Below are positions 16,423-29,587 of a stretch of 64,000 nucleotides of DNA, one piece after another; position 1 is the first letter of the stretch, and each line of letters opens with the position of its first letter. Both the position numbers and the translations under genes were made by a program. Origin of the DNA: Tubiluchus corallicola (taxonomy: Eukaryota > Animalia > Priapulida). The stretch is from the NCBI GenBank assembly GCA_030141605.1, contig JAQGDQ010000586.1, positions 1 to 64,000 of the forward strand. The letters run 5' to 3'. Under the pieces are notes generated by a model, which was not told the DNA's origin, searched no databases, and saw nothing but the letters and a program-made list of their open reading frames with translations.

Positions 16423-17473
16423 TATTATGCACTAATTAAGTATTTAACAGAAGCCAAATAGGTAATGAATAAACAGACCAGTAAAGAAACTGATACAGCA
16501 ACTTATGCACTAATTATGTATTTAGACAAAGCCAAATAGGTAATGATTAAGCAGACCAGTAGAAAAGAAATTGATACAGTAAATTATGCACTAATTGCGT
16601 ATTTAACAGAAGCCAAATAGGTAATGATTAAGCAGACTTATAGAAACGAAATTGATACAGTAAATTATGCACTAATTATGTATTTAACAGAAGCCAAATA
16701 GGTAATGATTAAGCAGATCAGTAGAAAAGAAATTGATACAGTAAATTATGCACTAATTATGTATTTAACAGAAGCCAAATAGGTAATGATTAAGCAGACT
16801 TATAGAAACGAAATTGATACAGTAAATTATGCACTAATTATGTATTTAACAGAAGCCAAATAGGTAATGATTAAGCAGATCAGTAGAAAAGAAATTGATA
16901 CAGTAAATTATGCACTAATTGCGTATTTAACAGAAACCAAATAGGTAATGATTAAGCAGACTAGTAGAAAAGAAATTGATACAGTAAATTATGCACTAAT
17001 TATGTATTTAACAGAAGCCAAATAGGTAATGATTAAGCAGACCTGTAGAAAAGAAATTGATACAGTAAATTATGCACTAATTATGTATTTAACAGAAGCC
17101 AAATAGGTAATGATTAAGCAGACCTGAAGAAAAGAAATTGATACAGTAAATTATGCACTAATTATGTATTTAACAAAAGCCAAATAGGTAATGATTAAGC
17201 AGACCAGTAGAAAAGAAATTGATACAGTAAATTATGCACTAATTATGTATTTAACAAAAGCCAAATAGGTAATGATTAAGCAGACCTGTAGAAAAGAAAT
17301 TGATACAGTAAATTATGCACTAATTATGTATTTAACAAAAGCCAAATAGGTAATGATTAAGCAGACCTGAAGAAAAGAAATTGATACAGTAAATTACGCA
17401 CTGATTATGTATTTAACAGAAGCCAAATAGGTAATGATTAAGCAGACTTGTAGAAAAGAAATTGATACAGTAA
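16423..17473. repeat. 81-bp minisatellite, ~13 copies
   Basis: AAATTATGCACTAATTATGTATTTAACAGAAGCCAAATAGGTAATGATTAAGCAGAC...GATACAGT; period measured 16581 to 16662. Confidence 0.97.
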
Positions 17474-17879
17474 GTGTTTTAGAATAAAGTTAAAGGAATT
17501 GAACAGTTCATTGAATAGATCAGCTTATTCATTACCTATTTGGCTTCTGTTAACTACTTAATTGGTGCATAATAGGCCCTGCTTATATAAACTGGTTGTA
17601 TGTTTGTAAATTTAGCACTGGTGATGACAACAGCAGTCCGTCGAAACCATTGGCATGATTTTTAACTATGTAAAGTAAAAGTTGTTATTATTGTAACTAT
17701 AAATATTTTTATATAGTTTCAAGAGCAGTTTTGCATAATAGTGGATTTTTATGTCATTGCTGCTTGCAAAAGTTGTAATTGCTCATATTAACTTATAATT
17801 ATAAAATTTTCCCAGTCTGAGAATCGAACTCGAGATTTTTTAGAATACAGTTAAAGGAGAACGGGATGATTTTTTATGT

Positions 17880-18500
17880 CCTACCTACCTGCTTACCTCA
17901 TTCCCTCCTTCCCTTTCTGACTACCTACCCACCTACCAACCTACCTAACTACCTACCTACCTGCCTGCCTACCTATTTACCTCATTCCCTCCTTTCCTAC
18001 CTGACTACCTACCCACCTACCTTCCTATTCACCTCATTCCCTCCTTCCCTTCCGACTACCTACCCACCTACCTACCTACCCACCTTCCTGCCTACCTACT
18101 TACCTACCCACCTTCCTGCCTACCTAGCTACCTACCTACCTACCTTCCTATTTACCTCATTCCCTCCTTCCCTTCCGACTACCTTCCTTCCTGCCTACCT
18201 ACTTACCTACCCACCTTCCTGCCTACCTAGCTACCTAGCTACCTAGCTACCTACCTACCTACCTACCTACCTTCCTTCCTATTTACCTCATTCCTTCCTT
18301 CCCTTCCGACTACCTTCCTTCCTGCCTACCTACTTACCTACCCACCTTCCTGCCTACCTAGCTACCTAGCTACCTACCTTCCTATTCACCTCATTCCCTC
18401 CTTCCTTTCCGACTACCTACCTTCCTGCCTACCTACTTACATACCCACCTTCCTGCGTACCTATCTGCCTACCTACCTACCCACCTACCTACCTAGCTTC
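17880..18500. repeat. Degenerate (CCTA)n repeat with higher-order blocks
   Basis: CCTA runs with recurring ACCTCATTCCCTCCTTCC. Confidence 0.95.
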
Positions 18501-18884
18501 CCATGTTCCATGCGCCTATATTCAATAAGACAGCCACCAAATTATCAATGTCTGGCTAATGTGTTTATAATGCTTGTGTAATTCAATATGGCATGACTTT
18601 CCATCGACTATTGGCTCATATAATATCATTACTAGGATCAGAACAATGTTATCCTGCTAAGCCAGGGGTTTAGCTTACTAGGTGTTCATAATCAAATAAT
18701 GGCGTATTACTTGTGCATCCAGGAACACAATAATGTAGATTTATGTAGCTAGGTAACACACACGCAACGTATTACTGAGCTTCCCTTTGATAAGGTTAAG
18801 CCCACTGGGAATACTTGCAATCTGTGCTGTTCATTATTATATGTTGTCTATTTGAGATTGTAGGATATAAGATCGACGAGAAAA

Positions 18885-19108
18885 ACAGCGACAGCGACAG
18901 CGACAACGACAACGATAATGAAAACAACAACAATAACAACAATGGCAATTAAAACAACAACAATAATGCCAACGACAATGACGATGACAACAACAACGAC
19001 AATGGCACAACAGCAACAATAACAACTACAACAATAACAGTCACGACAATGATGACAGCAACAACAACAGCAACGACGACAACAATGACAATGACAATAA
19101 CAATGATA

Positions 19109-19159
<51 letters not shown>

Positions 19160-19680
19160 GCGACGACGACGACGGCGACAACGACGACGACGACGACGGC
19201 GACGACGACGGCGACAACGACGGCGACGACGGCAACAACAGCATCAACTACAACAACAACAACAACAACGATGACAGTGACAACAACAATGACAATGACA
19301 GCGACAAGAACAATAGGAACAATGAAAACGGCAATGGCAACTACAAAGACAATGACAACAGCAACAACAACAACAACAACAACAACAACAACGACGACGA
19401 CGACGACGACAATGACAGCGACAACAACAACGACGACAATGATGACAGCAACAGCAACAATAACAACAACGACGACGACAATGATGACAGCAACAACAAC
19501 AACAACAGCAACAGCAACGACAACTACTACTACTACTAGAACAACAACAATAGCAACAACGACAACGACACTGGCAGCAACAGCAACAATACCAACTACA
19601 ACTACAACTACAACAACAACAACGGCGATGACGGCAGCGACAAAAAGAAAAAGAACAGCAAGAACAGCTACAATAACAAC
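18885..19680. repeat. Degenerate (CAA)/(CGA)/(TGA) trinucleotide repeat
   Basis: Direct reading. Confidence 0.97.
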
Positions 19681-20447
19681 CATGTAGTTGTACTTATGCT
19701 TACTTACTGCTGCTGCTGCTAGAACCACCGTCGCCGCTAAATCGTTTTTTCCGCATTTTTCAGTCAATTTCTCTCGGAAAAAGGGAAGATCGAGTCATAA
19801 ATCTTACAATTATCGGTATTCTAAGTGTCACTCAATTCAGCCAGAGAGGCGCCATGTTAGTGATAAAAAATTGCACTTTCTGAGCACGACACATCGATAA
19901 TTTCTCATACGTAAGTAACTTCATGTTTACCGCCTTGAAGAACTCCATCAATTTTCCTACGCAAAATTTTCTCACGCCGTAATTGCGACTATTGAGCGGT
20001 TGAATTCGTTTCGAGTTGCTTTTTTTCCTTTCAGAGCTTCGTGGAATTTTGCTTTTCCACCATGTGAAATTCATGAGGTTTTTCGTATTTGAAATGTATA
20101 AGATTTTCTTCGATCTGGGAGCAACGTCAAAACCGATTAGGTTGAGCGCGGGAGAGAAAAACATCTATGACGTGTTTATCTTGATCTATGACGTGCTTAT
20201 GCAGAGGCTGGCAGAAAAGAGATTGTTTACGCTAGCAGGTTTACACGAAGTTGCCGTGATGAGTGGAAATGGAAACTGTGAATGAATTTCTGAACTTGAC
20301 CGTCGCTTTCATTTTTTCGGCTGACGCAAGATGGCGCAGAAGTTTCGTTGCACGTGGTAAATACTGATTGGCTGACATAACCTTTTCAAGGCCACTATTG
20401 GTCAATTTGCACTGCAGTAGTTGTTGATGGAAATACATAGAAAGATG

Positions 20448-20482
<35 letters not shown>

Positions 20483-20886
20483 GTGCATGCGTGCGTGCGT
20501 GCGTGCGTGAGTGAGTGAGTGAGTGAGTGAGTGAGTGAGTGAGTGAGTGAGTGAGTGAGTGAGTGAGTGAGTGAGTGAGTGCAGCTGAATCAATAGCTAG
20601 TTCAGAACAGTGACCCTAAACTACTGTATTTGGATATTTGCTACAGTACTTCCATTCTTGTCTCTTCTTTCTTTCTTTCTCTGTCTCTCTCTTCTCTCTC
20701 AGTGTCTTTCTTTTATCTCTCTTATTCTTTTTCATCTATTCATTTTCCCTTTCTTTCCATTTTCCTTCCCTCCTTTCCGTTTCTCTCTCTGTCTCTGTCT
20801 TTATCTTTCTCTGGCACTCACTCATTTCTCAATCTCACTTTCTTTCTTTCCTCCTTTCTTCTTTCTTTTCTGTTTCTTTTTGTCTG

Positions 20887-20924
<38 letters not shown>

Positions 20925-21166
20925 TCTCCCTCCCTCCCCCCTCTCTCTCTCTCTCTCTCTCTCTCCTCTGTGTCTTTCATCTCTTTTATTCTTTTTCATC
21001 TTTTTATTTATTCTTTCTTTCTTTCTTTCTCTCTTTCTTTTAGCTTCCCTATTTGTCTGTTTCTCTCTGTGTCTCTGTCTTCATTTTTCTTTGTCGCTCG
21101 CTCGTTTTATCGCTCTCACCTATTTTCCTCCTTTCTTCTTTCAATCCTTTCTTTCCTTCTTTTTTC

Positions 21167-21209
<43 letters not shown>

Positions 21210-21300
21210 GGTGTCTTTCTTTTTTCTCTTTTACTCTCCTTCATCCCTTCATTTTCTCTCACTTTCCTTAAATTTTCTTCCTTTCTGTTCTTCTTTCTTA
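20448..21300. repeat. (ACGA)(GCGT)(GTGA) microsatellite, an ~80-bp core, then a CT-rich polypyrimidine tract
   Basis: Direct reading; the core recurs at 33059-33135. Confidence 0.9.
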
Positions 21301-22420
21301 CTCAATTAGCATACAACTCAGAAGACGCCAGATGCTAATAATAATTGTCTTGACATTCCAAACCACCCCAGTGGTAAGAGAAGCCAGTAATTGCACTGAC
21401 CTTAGCACCTGCTAACTCATTACACGCAGTCAGAGGCTTCAAACTAAAGCTGAAGATTTGACGACCTTAATGCCACAATTTAACTTGCTTCATCCCTCCT
21501 TTGAGAAAATCATCAGCATGCGTACCAGATTAGTGCTCAACGCAAATGGCTACTGTGCAGTATCTAGGCAGACTTTGGCAACCTGGGGAATCTTTGGCAA
21601 GAAACCAATTGAATTATTCAATTCAAAAGATGTTCAATTTAAATGAATACTTACAAATATTTTTTTCGCAGAACAATGAATGCAAGGCGTGTGATTAGAG
21701 TAAATCAATCAATACCCACTACGGTTTCAGCGTAATGCAATATTTTTGACTGCAATGAAGTCAACAAATTGCTGAAGAAACAATGTTTCTTCAGGCTGAG
21801 ATTAGATTAGTTGTAACTTAGGCTAAAGGTACGACTCCGTGCGTGATGTGTGACGCGTAATGCGTACACAACCGTTTGTACGTAAGCATGTAGAAGTGTT
21901 TCCATATGTACGTAATGCGTAATCCGTGATGCGTAGTGCGTGATCCGTTATACGTAATGCGTACACAACCGTTTGTAAGTAAGCATGTAGAAGTGTTTCC
22001 ATATGTACGTAATGCGTAATTCGTGATGCGTAATGCGTGATCCGTTATACGTAATGCGTATACAACTGTTTATATTTAAACATGTAGAAGTGTTTCCATG
22101 CGTACGTAATGCATGATCGGTAACTCGTGATGCGTGATCCATTCAAACTTGATCACTATCGTCCGAATACGCATCACGCTTCAATACGCAGACGGGAAGC
22201 CGCCGTTGCCTAGACGATTATAGCGAGTTTCCCAGTTTCCGGTGACAATTTTCATGTTTAGCTTTCTGAAACTTCTAGTTAGGTGAGTTTTGGTCACTTT
22301 AGGACCTACAAACATTAATATCCTTTCTATTTGAGTTTTGAGAGGTGGAAAAATCATGTAGTTACGTGTTGTGCATCTAACTGCAGTTCTTTCACTAAAT
22401 GATGATACGTTCAGTATTGT

Positions 22421-22540
22421 TACTACGGCCAAATCACGTTGAAAACACCGGTTCTCGTCTGATCACCGAAGTTAAGCAACGTAGAGCCTGCTTAGTACTT
22501 AGATGGGTGACCGCATGGGAATACCAGGTGCTGTAGGCTT
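22421..22540 (+). pseudogene. 5S rRNA-derived sequence (120 nt), probably the head of a SINE3 rather than a functional 5S gene
   Basis: CTACGGCCAAATCACGTTGAAAACACCGGTTCTCGTCTGATCACCGAAGTTAAGCAACG...GATGGGTGACCGCATGGGAATACCAGGTGCTGTAGGCTT is recognisable animal 5S with boxes A and C. Single copy, first two bases altered, no T4+ terminator downstream. Confidence 0.9.
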
Positions 22541-22963
22541 GCGGGATGCCCACACTGCATCTCGACACTAGGCGGAGGAGCTGCACAAGCAGCCAACGCC
22601 TAGAGGGCGGAGGAGGTCAAGTGTGTAGAGGAGTAAACCTTCCAAATCAGGAGTGGAGCTCCGAAGGCGGACCAGTGCAGCATGCCCACTGACTCAGGCA
22701 GCTCCTGCAGCCAACCTGGTGTCAAATGTATCGCTCTGCTTTCCTTTGGACTACACCAGGGAGGAAGAGAGAGGGGCTCCTGTTGTCTGGGCAACTCAGG
22801 ATCTCCATACACCTTGCCCAGGCGTGTGCCCTGGAGAGGCCACTCCAGTGGTTCAAGGATCGGACTGCTCAGCCACAGTCGACGCTACAGCTCCATCAAT
22901 GTGATCAATAACTGACTCTCTTCGCGCACACTCCATTGTCTTCCGAGACAGAAGGATGCCAAC
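22422..22963 (+). mobile_element. Candidate 5S-derived SINE (SINE3), ~540 bp
   Basis: 5S head plus a GC-rich, hairpin-rich body. Flanked by CAGTATTGTT (22412-22421) and CAATATTGTT (22964-22973), a 10-bp target-site duplication with one mismatch. Confidence 0.75.
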
Positions 22964-23128
22964 CAATATTGTTCTCTCCCGCTGCAAAATGTTGTACACC
23001 CAAAACCTGTCCTTTCTTTTCCGCCTGTCACGGATCGCAAATCACGTATTACGCGTTACGTGGACATGGAGTTGTAGCTTTATGGTGAGCTACACTTGCC
23101 ACAGCTACAATGCTACACTTTTATAAGT

Positions 23129-23355
<227 letters not shown>

Positions 23356-23578
23356 TAACCTTTATTTACATGGTTTAAAGTTGAATCTTGAAATGTCACG
23401 TCGTACGACAACAATGGCTTGTGGTCCAGATACGTCAGAGACTTTTCAAGTGAAACGAATCGCCTACAACCAATCAAAAACTATTAAACTCCCTGGACAA
23501 AGACGCACGGTTAACAATTCAACACGCGTTGAAGTAGTGATGATTATCTGAGAAATATCGTTTAGCCACCACGGCAGT

Positions 23579-24505
23579 AAGGGCGGGCATTTTTACCAGA
23601 AAGCAAATTTGAAATGACTTTTCAACTCGAATCAAACCGAATTTCAGCAATTTCAAATTTGAATTAAAAATTTTGAAATAAATTTTCGAATCAGTAAAAA
23701 AAGTGGTCTCTCAAAGATGCCAGCTTTTTTTTCAGCACAAGAATGTATTAACTAGCAAGAAATTAAGTCTTAACGTAAAACTTCGATTATTTAATGCTTA
23801 CGTTACTAGCATGTTTATGTACAACAGTGAAACTTGGGGTTTAATGATTACTAAAGAAATGTAGATCGACACATTTCATAGAAGTCTTCTAAATAAAAGT
23901 TTTAATAATAAGATGGTCATGCATAATCAAAAATGAAGATTTATACACCAGAACGAAAGAAATTTCTTGGACTTCAAAAGTCAAGATTCGAACATTAAGA
24001 TGGCTAGGACATCTTCTAAGATTACCAAATGAAGCACCAGTAAAAGTCCCCTTAAAGGAAGTCTTAAAACGTTGCAAAAAACCATCTGGTAAACCAAAAA
24101 CAACTTGGATAGCTTATGTAAATAAAGATGTTCAACAACTTCAACCAAATCTCTCCTTAGGGGTAGAAGAACTTATGCTCTTAGCTGCAGATAGAAGTGG
24201 GTGGAATACTCTGATAAATGTTGATACCTCAGTGCTTACAGTAGGTGTAGACTGAGACTTTGAAGAAGAAAAAGAAGAAGAAGAAGAGATCATGCATATT
24301 ACTCGATTTTGTTCTGCAGTAAAAACACTAATAATTTGTTCAAAAATTATGCACAGAAATTGTAGCTAAATTACGCTGACTGCCCGACGTTTCAAACGTT
24401 TTAATGATAAAGAACGTATGTAGTTGAAGTGTTGAATTATTCAAATCCGAATACGAAGTAACAAACTCGCTTGAATCGAACTCGAACGTTCCATGCTCAT
24501 CCCTA
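23579..24505 (-). mobile_element. TTCGAA-rich hAT-like MITE (family 2), split by an RTE insertion
   Basis: Ends AAGGGCGGGCA / TGCTCATCCCTA. The two halves join to match the intact copies at 29915-30324 and 51375-51800. Confidence 0.75.
23719..24286 (+). mobile_element. 5'-truncated RTE-clade LINE with (GAA)n tail
   Basis: Degenerate translation ...MYNSETW...IKNEDLY...LRWLGHLLRL...GKPKTTW...AADRSGW, the typical RTE ORF C-terminus. Short AGAT duplication at the junctions. Confidence 0.85.
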
Positions 24506-24767
24506 CAGGCTCGTCAAACATAAATGACGTCCTAAACCATCTGCTGGAAACGAGGCGTTCAGGTTATTTCAGAAAATTCAGATAAATTTACTTCGGCTTG
24601 GATAAGCTAAACTTGAAACCCAAAAAAAACATATGAAGCAAAACTCAGCAGCAACGTTGTCAGCAACGACAGCAACAACAATAGCAGCAGTAGTAAATGG
24701 TGATAATGAACGTGTATCCAGTACTAATGAAGGATGGTTTGTAGTAACTCCGTATCAGTCAGTCAGT

Positions 24768-25223
<456 letters not shown>

Positions 25224-25321
25224 ATGTTTGTTCTTTCAGTGATGTAGTTGGTTATCGATTGTGGACTTCTCTTAGAATAAGCACGAAAATTATCGTCGCG
25301 TGTTGAAGTATAAAACACGAA

Positions 25322-25750
25322 GTCTTGCATTGCGATTGCATTGCGTATTCAGACCATCACGTTCGAGTTAATACGTATCACGCATCACGGATTACGCATT
25401 ACATGCACATGGAAACACTTCCACGTGTCTAAATATAAACACTGTATACGCATTACGTATTACGGATCACGCATAACGCATCACGGATTACGCATTACGT
25501 ACACATGGAAACACTTCCACGTGTCTAAATATAAACTGTTGTATATGCATTACGCATTACGCATTACGAATTACGTATTACGCATTACGGATTGCGTATT
25601 ACGCATTACGGATTGCGTATTACGCATTACGGATTGCGCATTACGCATTACGGATCGCGTATTACGCATTACGGATTACGCATTACGCATTGCGCATTAC
25701 GCATTACGGATCGCGTATTACGCATTACGCGCACATGGAGTCGTACGTTT
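25322..25750 (-). mobile_element. Partial inverted copy of the 21824-22200 element, with expanded (ATTACGC)n 7-mer
   Basis: CATGGAAACACTTCCACGTG is the reverse-complement counterpart of CATGTAGAAGTGTTTCCAT. Ends in CATGGAGTCGTACGTTT, the TIR. Confidence 0.7.
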
Positions 25751-26083
25751 GCGTTCGAAGTGCTCTAATAGAACAACAAGAGAACATGCAATTCTGATGG
25801 CGGACAACTCAGACTGCAATGGTTGACTAGCGTCTTTTTTACACAAATCGTCCTACAATTTTGCACGAAACAATGACAATGAACAATCAGCATTCAGAGC
25901 TACAGCAAAGAAGCCAAGATTTGAAATATGTCTTCGTATAACGAATTTCCTAACAAACTACTTTAAGTTTGATCGGTTTTAATTAGGTTTGATTAGGTAT
26001 CTATCTGCTGCGTAATGTTTTAATCACGGGAGGTAGTAGCAATCTTCTGGCAGAGAATTTCACAGAGAAGCAGGCTTATGCAC

Positions 26084-26460
26084 TAGGGGTTAGCATCGAA
26101 CATTCGTGTTCGATTCGAATCTGAAATTATAGATTCGAATAATTCATTACTTCAACTACATACATTCTTTATCAAAAAAACCTTTTAAATACCAATTAAT
26201 TTGGCTGTGATTTCTGCGCACAGTTTTTAAACAAATTATTAGCGTTTTTACTGCAGAATACAATCAAGCAATATGCACGATCTTTGTGAGACTGCTTTAT
26301 ATTTATGATTCGAAAATTTATTCGCGAATCTTTAAAACTGAATTCGAATTCGATTGGGATTCGAAATGTTAAAATGCGGTTTGACTCGAGTACGAAAATT
26401 AAAAATTTGATTCGATTCGATTCGAATTGAAACCGGTTTCTGACCAGAATTTTCGCTTCT
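26084..26460 (+). mobile_element. MITE family 2 copy
   Basis: Starts TAGGGGTTAGCATCGAA, TTCGA-rich, colinear with 51375-51800. Confidence 0.7.
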
Positions 26461-27781
26461 ACTGTTCTTCTTCTTCTTCTTCTTCAATGAATCACACGTC
26501 CAGGGACATGATTCTGCTCACCTCTATGCCAGAACTCCCTACTCGCTGCAGTGCCCCAAGTGGATTTATTTCTAAGGATCAATGCTGAAGTGTTTAAATC
26601 TTTCTGTGCAAAATCTAAGTATGTTAACATTTGTCCTCCTTCTACTGTGCAAAAAACGACTTATAAGCAATCTGGGAAACCTTTAAATTAATTAGAACGC
26701 CTCTAGTTGAAATCCTAGGTTCAGAAAGACGTTCTCATGTTTTCTTTTGAATGTGCATTTAAATTTTCCACTTTTCAATACTAAAGTGGTTTCTTTAAGC
26801 AACGCACATTAGCATAATTAGTGACAAAGTGCCTTGCAGATTTGCCCGGACAATCATTATATGACCCAATATGTTTAGCGTGATTTTCAGCATTCGAGTA
26901 GACGTAATTAAAGCTCGCATATATGTCATATGCAGGCCGGGCTGTTATTACCGAGTCTAGTTATTCCCATAAATTTAATATTAATCACCTCTACCCACCA
27001 CATCAATATGGCGGACTGCCTAGGACTAATTAGCATAATTCGTGCACTAATTGCACCTCTAGGGTGTGAATAATTGCCCTAGCTAAGCGCTAATGCGTAA
27101 GATACAGTTTTAGTGGAATAAAAACATTTGTCTATCTCCATGTGTGCAGCAGAAATATATACGAGTATAAATAAATTTGCCACGGCACAAAAGACTGATT
27201 CAATTGCCTGACGTGAACTTAACGAGGCTAGTTCACATGCATGTGAATTGTTCACGAGTGACCCAACACTAAATGCGATTCGACAAAACGATTCGACAAA
27301 CGATTCGACAAAATAATGTTGTTTTCGCTACCAGCGGTCGATTTTGGCTATGCAATATGTAGTTTGCAGCACACAGCATTGTGTCAGCATTCGGCAATAA
27401 TTGTGTGAACAATGCAACGTAACACCTCCCCGCGCCTGTGTCTACACAACTGTCGAGAACAAGAATAAGATTTGTTTTTATTTTTCGTTAATGCATTAGA
27501 TGATTAGACTGAATGTTTTATCTAAAGTTTGTTCTCGAAAAGTATTATTAGTGTTTGATGTACATTGCTGTGTCACCTGTATTTATTTGCAAATAAAAGC
27601 AATAAACAAATGAGTTAAACCAGCACAATGTACTTATTTACATTATCACTTCATAACATACAATCTGTAAATATATAAGTGTTAGTAGACGTCATAACAT
27701 ATTACAATTCAATATTTAATCCTGGGAATTTCTATCGCGACACCTACAGTGTCTTTATTTTAGGAAAAGTTCAAGAAAAGC

Positions 27782-29587
27782 TTTGCCTCTAAACGTGGGA
27801 AAAACTAACTTCCCTTTAACTACAGTTAGTACATATTAAGTTTAGAGATGGATTTGCCTCTAAACGCGAGGAAAACTTTACTTCCCTTTAACTACAGTTA
27901 GTACATATTACGTTAAGAGATAGTTTTGCCTCTAAACGTGGGGGAAAAACTTTGCTTCCCTTTAACTACAGTTAGTACATATTAAGTTAAGAGATAGTTT
28001 TGCCTCTAAACGTGGGGGAAACCTTACTTCCCTTTAGCTACAGTTAGTACATATTAAGTTAAGAGATAGTTTTGCCTCTAAACGTGAGGAAACTTTACTT
28101 CCCTTTAACTACAGTTAGTACATATTAAGTTAAGAGATAGTTTTGCCTCTTAACGCGGGGAAACCTTACTTCCCTTTAGCTACAGTTAGCACATATTAAG
28201 TTTAGAGATAGCTTTGCCTCTAAACGTGGGGAAAACTTTACTTTCCTTTAGCTACAGTTAGCACATATTAAGTTAAGAGATAGTTTTGCCTCTTAACGCA
28301 GGGGAAAACTTTACTTTCCTTTAGCTACAGTTAGCACATATTAAGTTAAGAGATAGCTTTGCCTCTAAACGTGGGGAAAACTAACTTTCCTTTAACTACA
28401 GTTAGTACATATTAAGTTAAGAGATAGTTTTGCCTCTAAACGCAGGGGAAAACTTTACTTTCCTTTAACTACAGTTAGTACATATTAAGTTTAGAGATAG
28501 CTTTGCCTCTTAACGTGGGAAAACTTTACTTCCTCTTAACTACAGTTAGTACATATTAAGTTAAGAGATAGCTTTGCCTCTAAACGTGAGGAAAACTTTA
28601 CTTCCCTTTAACTACAGTTAGTACATATTAAGTTAAGAGATAGTTTTGCCTCTTAACGCGGGGAAACCTTACTTCCCTTTAGCTACAGTTAGCACATATT
28701 AAGTTTAGAGATAGCTTTGCCTCTAAACGTGGGGAAAACTTTACTTTCCTTTAACTACAGTTAGTACATATTAAGTTTAGAGATAGCTTTGCCTCTAAAC
28801 GTGGGAGAAAACTAACTTTCCTTTAACTACAGTTAGTACATATTAAGTTAAGAGATAGCTTTGCCTCTAAACGTGGGAGAAAACTAACTTTCCTTTAGCT
28901 ACAGTTAGTACATATTAAGTTAAGAGATAGCTTTGCCTCTAAACGTGGGTAAAACTTCACTTCCTCTTAACTACAGTTAGTACATATTAAGTTAAGAGAT
29001 AGTTTTGCCTCGTGGGGGAAACTTTACATCCCTTTAACTACAGTTAGTACATATTAAGTTTAGAGATGGATTTGCCTCTATACGTGGGTAAAACTTTGCT
29101 TCCCTTTAACTACAGTTAGTGCATTTTAAGTCAAAAGATAGTTTTGCCTCTAAACGTGGGGAAAACGTTACTTCCCTTTAACTACAGTTAGTACATATTA
29201 AGTTTAGAGATAGCTTTGCCTCTAAACGTGGGAGAAAACTAACTTTCCTTTAACTACAGTTAGTACATATTAAGTTAAGAGATAGCTTTGCCTCTAAACG
29301 TGGGAGAAAACTAACTTTCCTTTAGCTACAGTTAGTACATATTAAGTTAAGAGATAGCTTTGCCTCTAAACGTGGGTAAAACTTCACTTCCTCTTAACTA
29401 CAGTTAGTACATATTAAGTTTAGAGATGGATTTGCCTCTATACGTGGGTAAAACTTTGCTTCCCTTTAACTACAGTTAGTGCATTTTAAGTTAAAAGATA
29501 GTTTTGCCTCTAAACGTGGGGAAAACGTTACTTCCCTTTAACTACAGTTAGTACATTTTAAGTTTAGAGATAGCTTTGCCTCTAAAC
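27782..29587. repeat. ~72-bp minisatellite, ~25 copies
   Basis: GCCTCTAAACGTGGGGAAAACTTTACTTCCCTTTAACTACAGTTAGTACATATTAAGTTAAGAGATAGTTTT; a multi-unit block is duplicated near the right end. Confidence 0.97.

Larger units (their letters stand above)
16277..17704. mobile_element. Inverted pair of Penelope-like pseudo-LTR fragments (16277-16480 minus, 17518-17704 plus) enclosing an 81-bp array
   Basis: ~190-bp inverted repeats, each with TATATAA followed by a CTGATGA-stem-GAAAC hammerhead motif. This is the known layout of Penelope pLTRs. Confidence 0.7.
21824..23082. mobile_element. Non-autonomous TIR element with internal (GCGTAAT)-type subrepeats; hosts the SINE3
   Basis: Left end TAAAGGTACGACTCCGTG is an imperfect inverted repeat of right end CATGGAGTTGTAGCTTTA. 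A reverse-complement copy of the left part lies at 25322-25750. Confidence 0.6.

Noticed and set aside
17815-17850. tRNA B-box-like GAGAATCGAACTC on the minus strand
   Set aside because: Too short; no A box or cloverleaf.
22421-22540. Functional 5S rRNA gene or 5S-snRNA linked unit
   Set aside because: Solitary, 5' bases altered, no T-run terminator, and bounded by a TSD together with the downstream body. I recognise no U1/U2/U5/SL motif in that body.
22600-22915. Four overlapping short ORFs
   Set aside because: A by-product of high GC in the SINE body; no recognisable protein.
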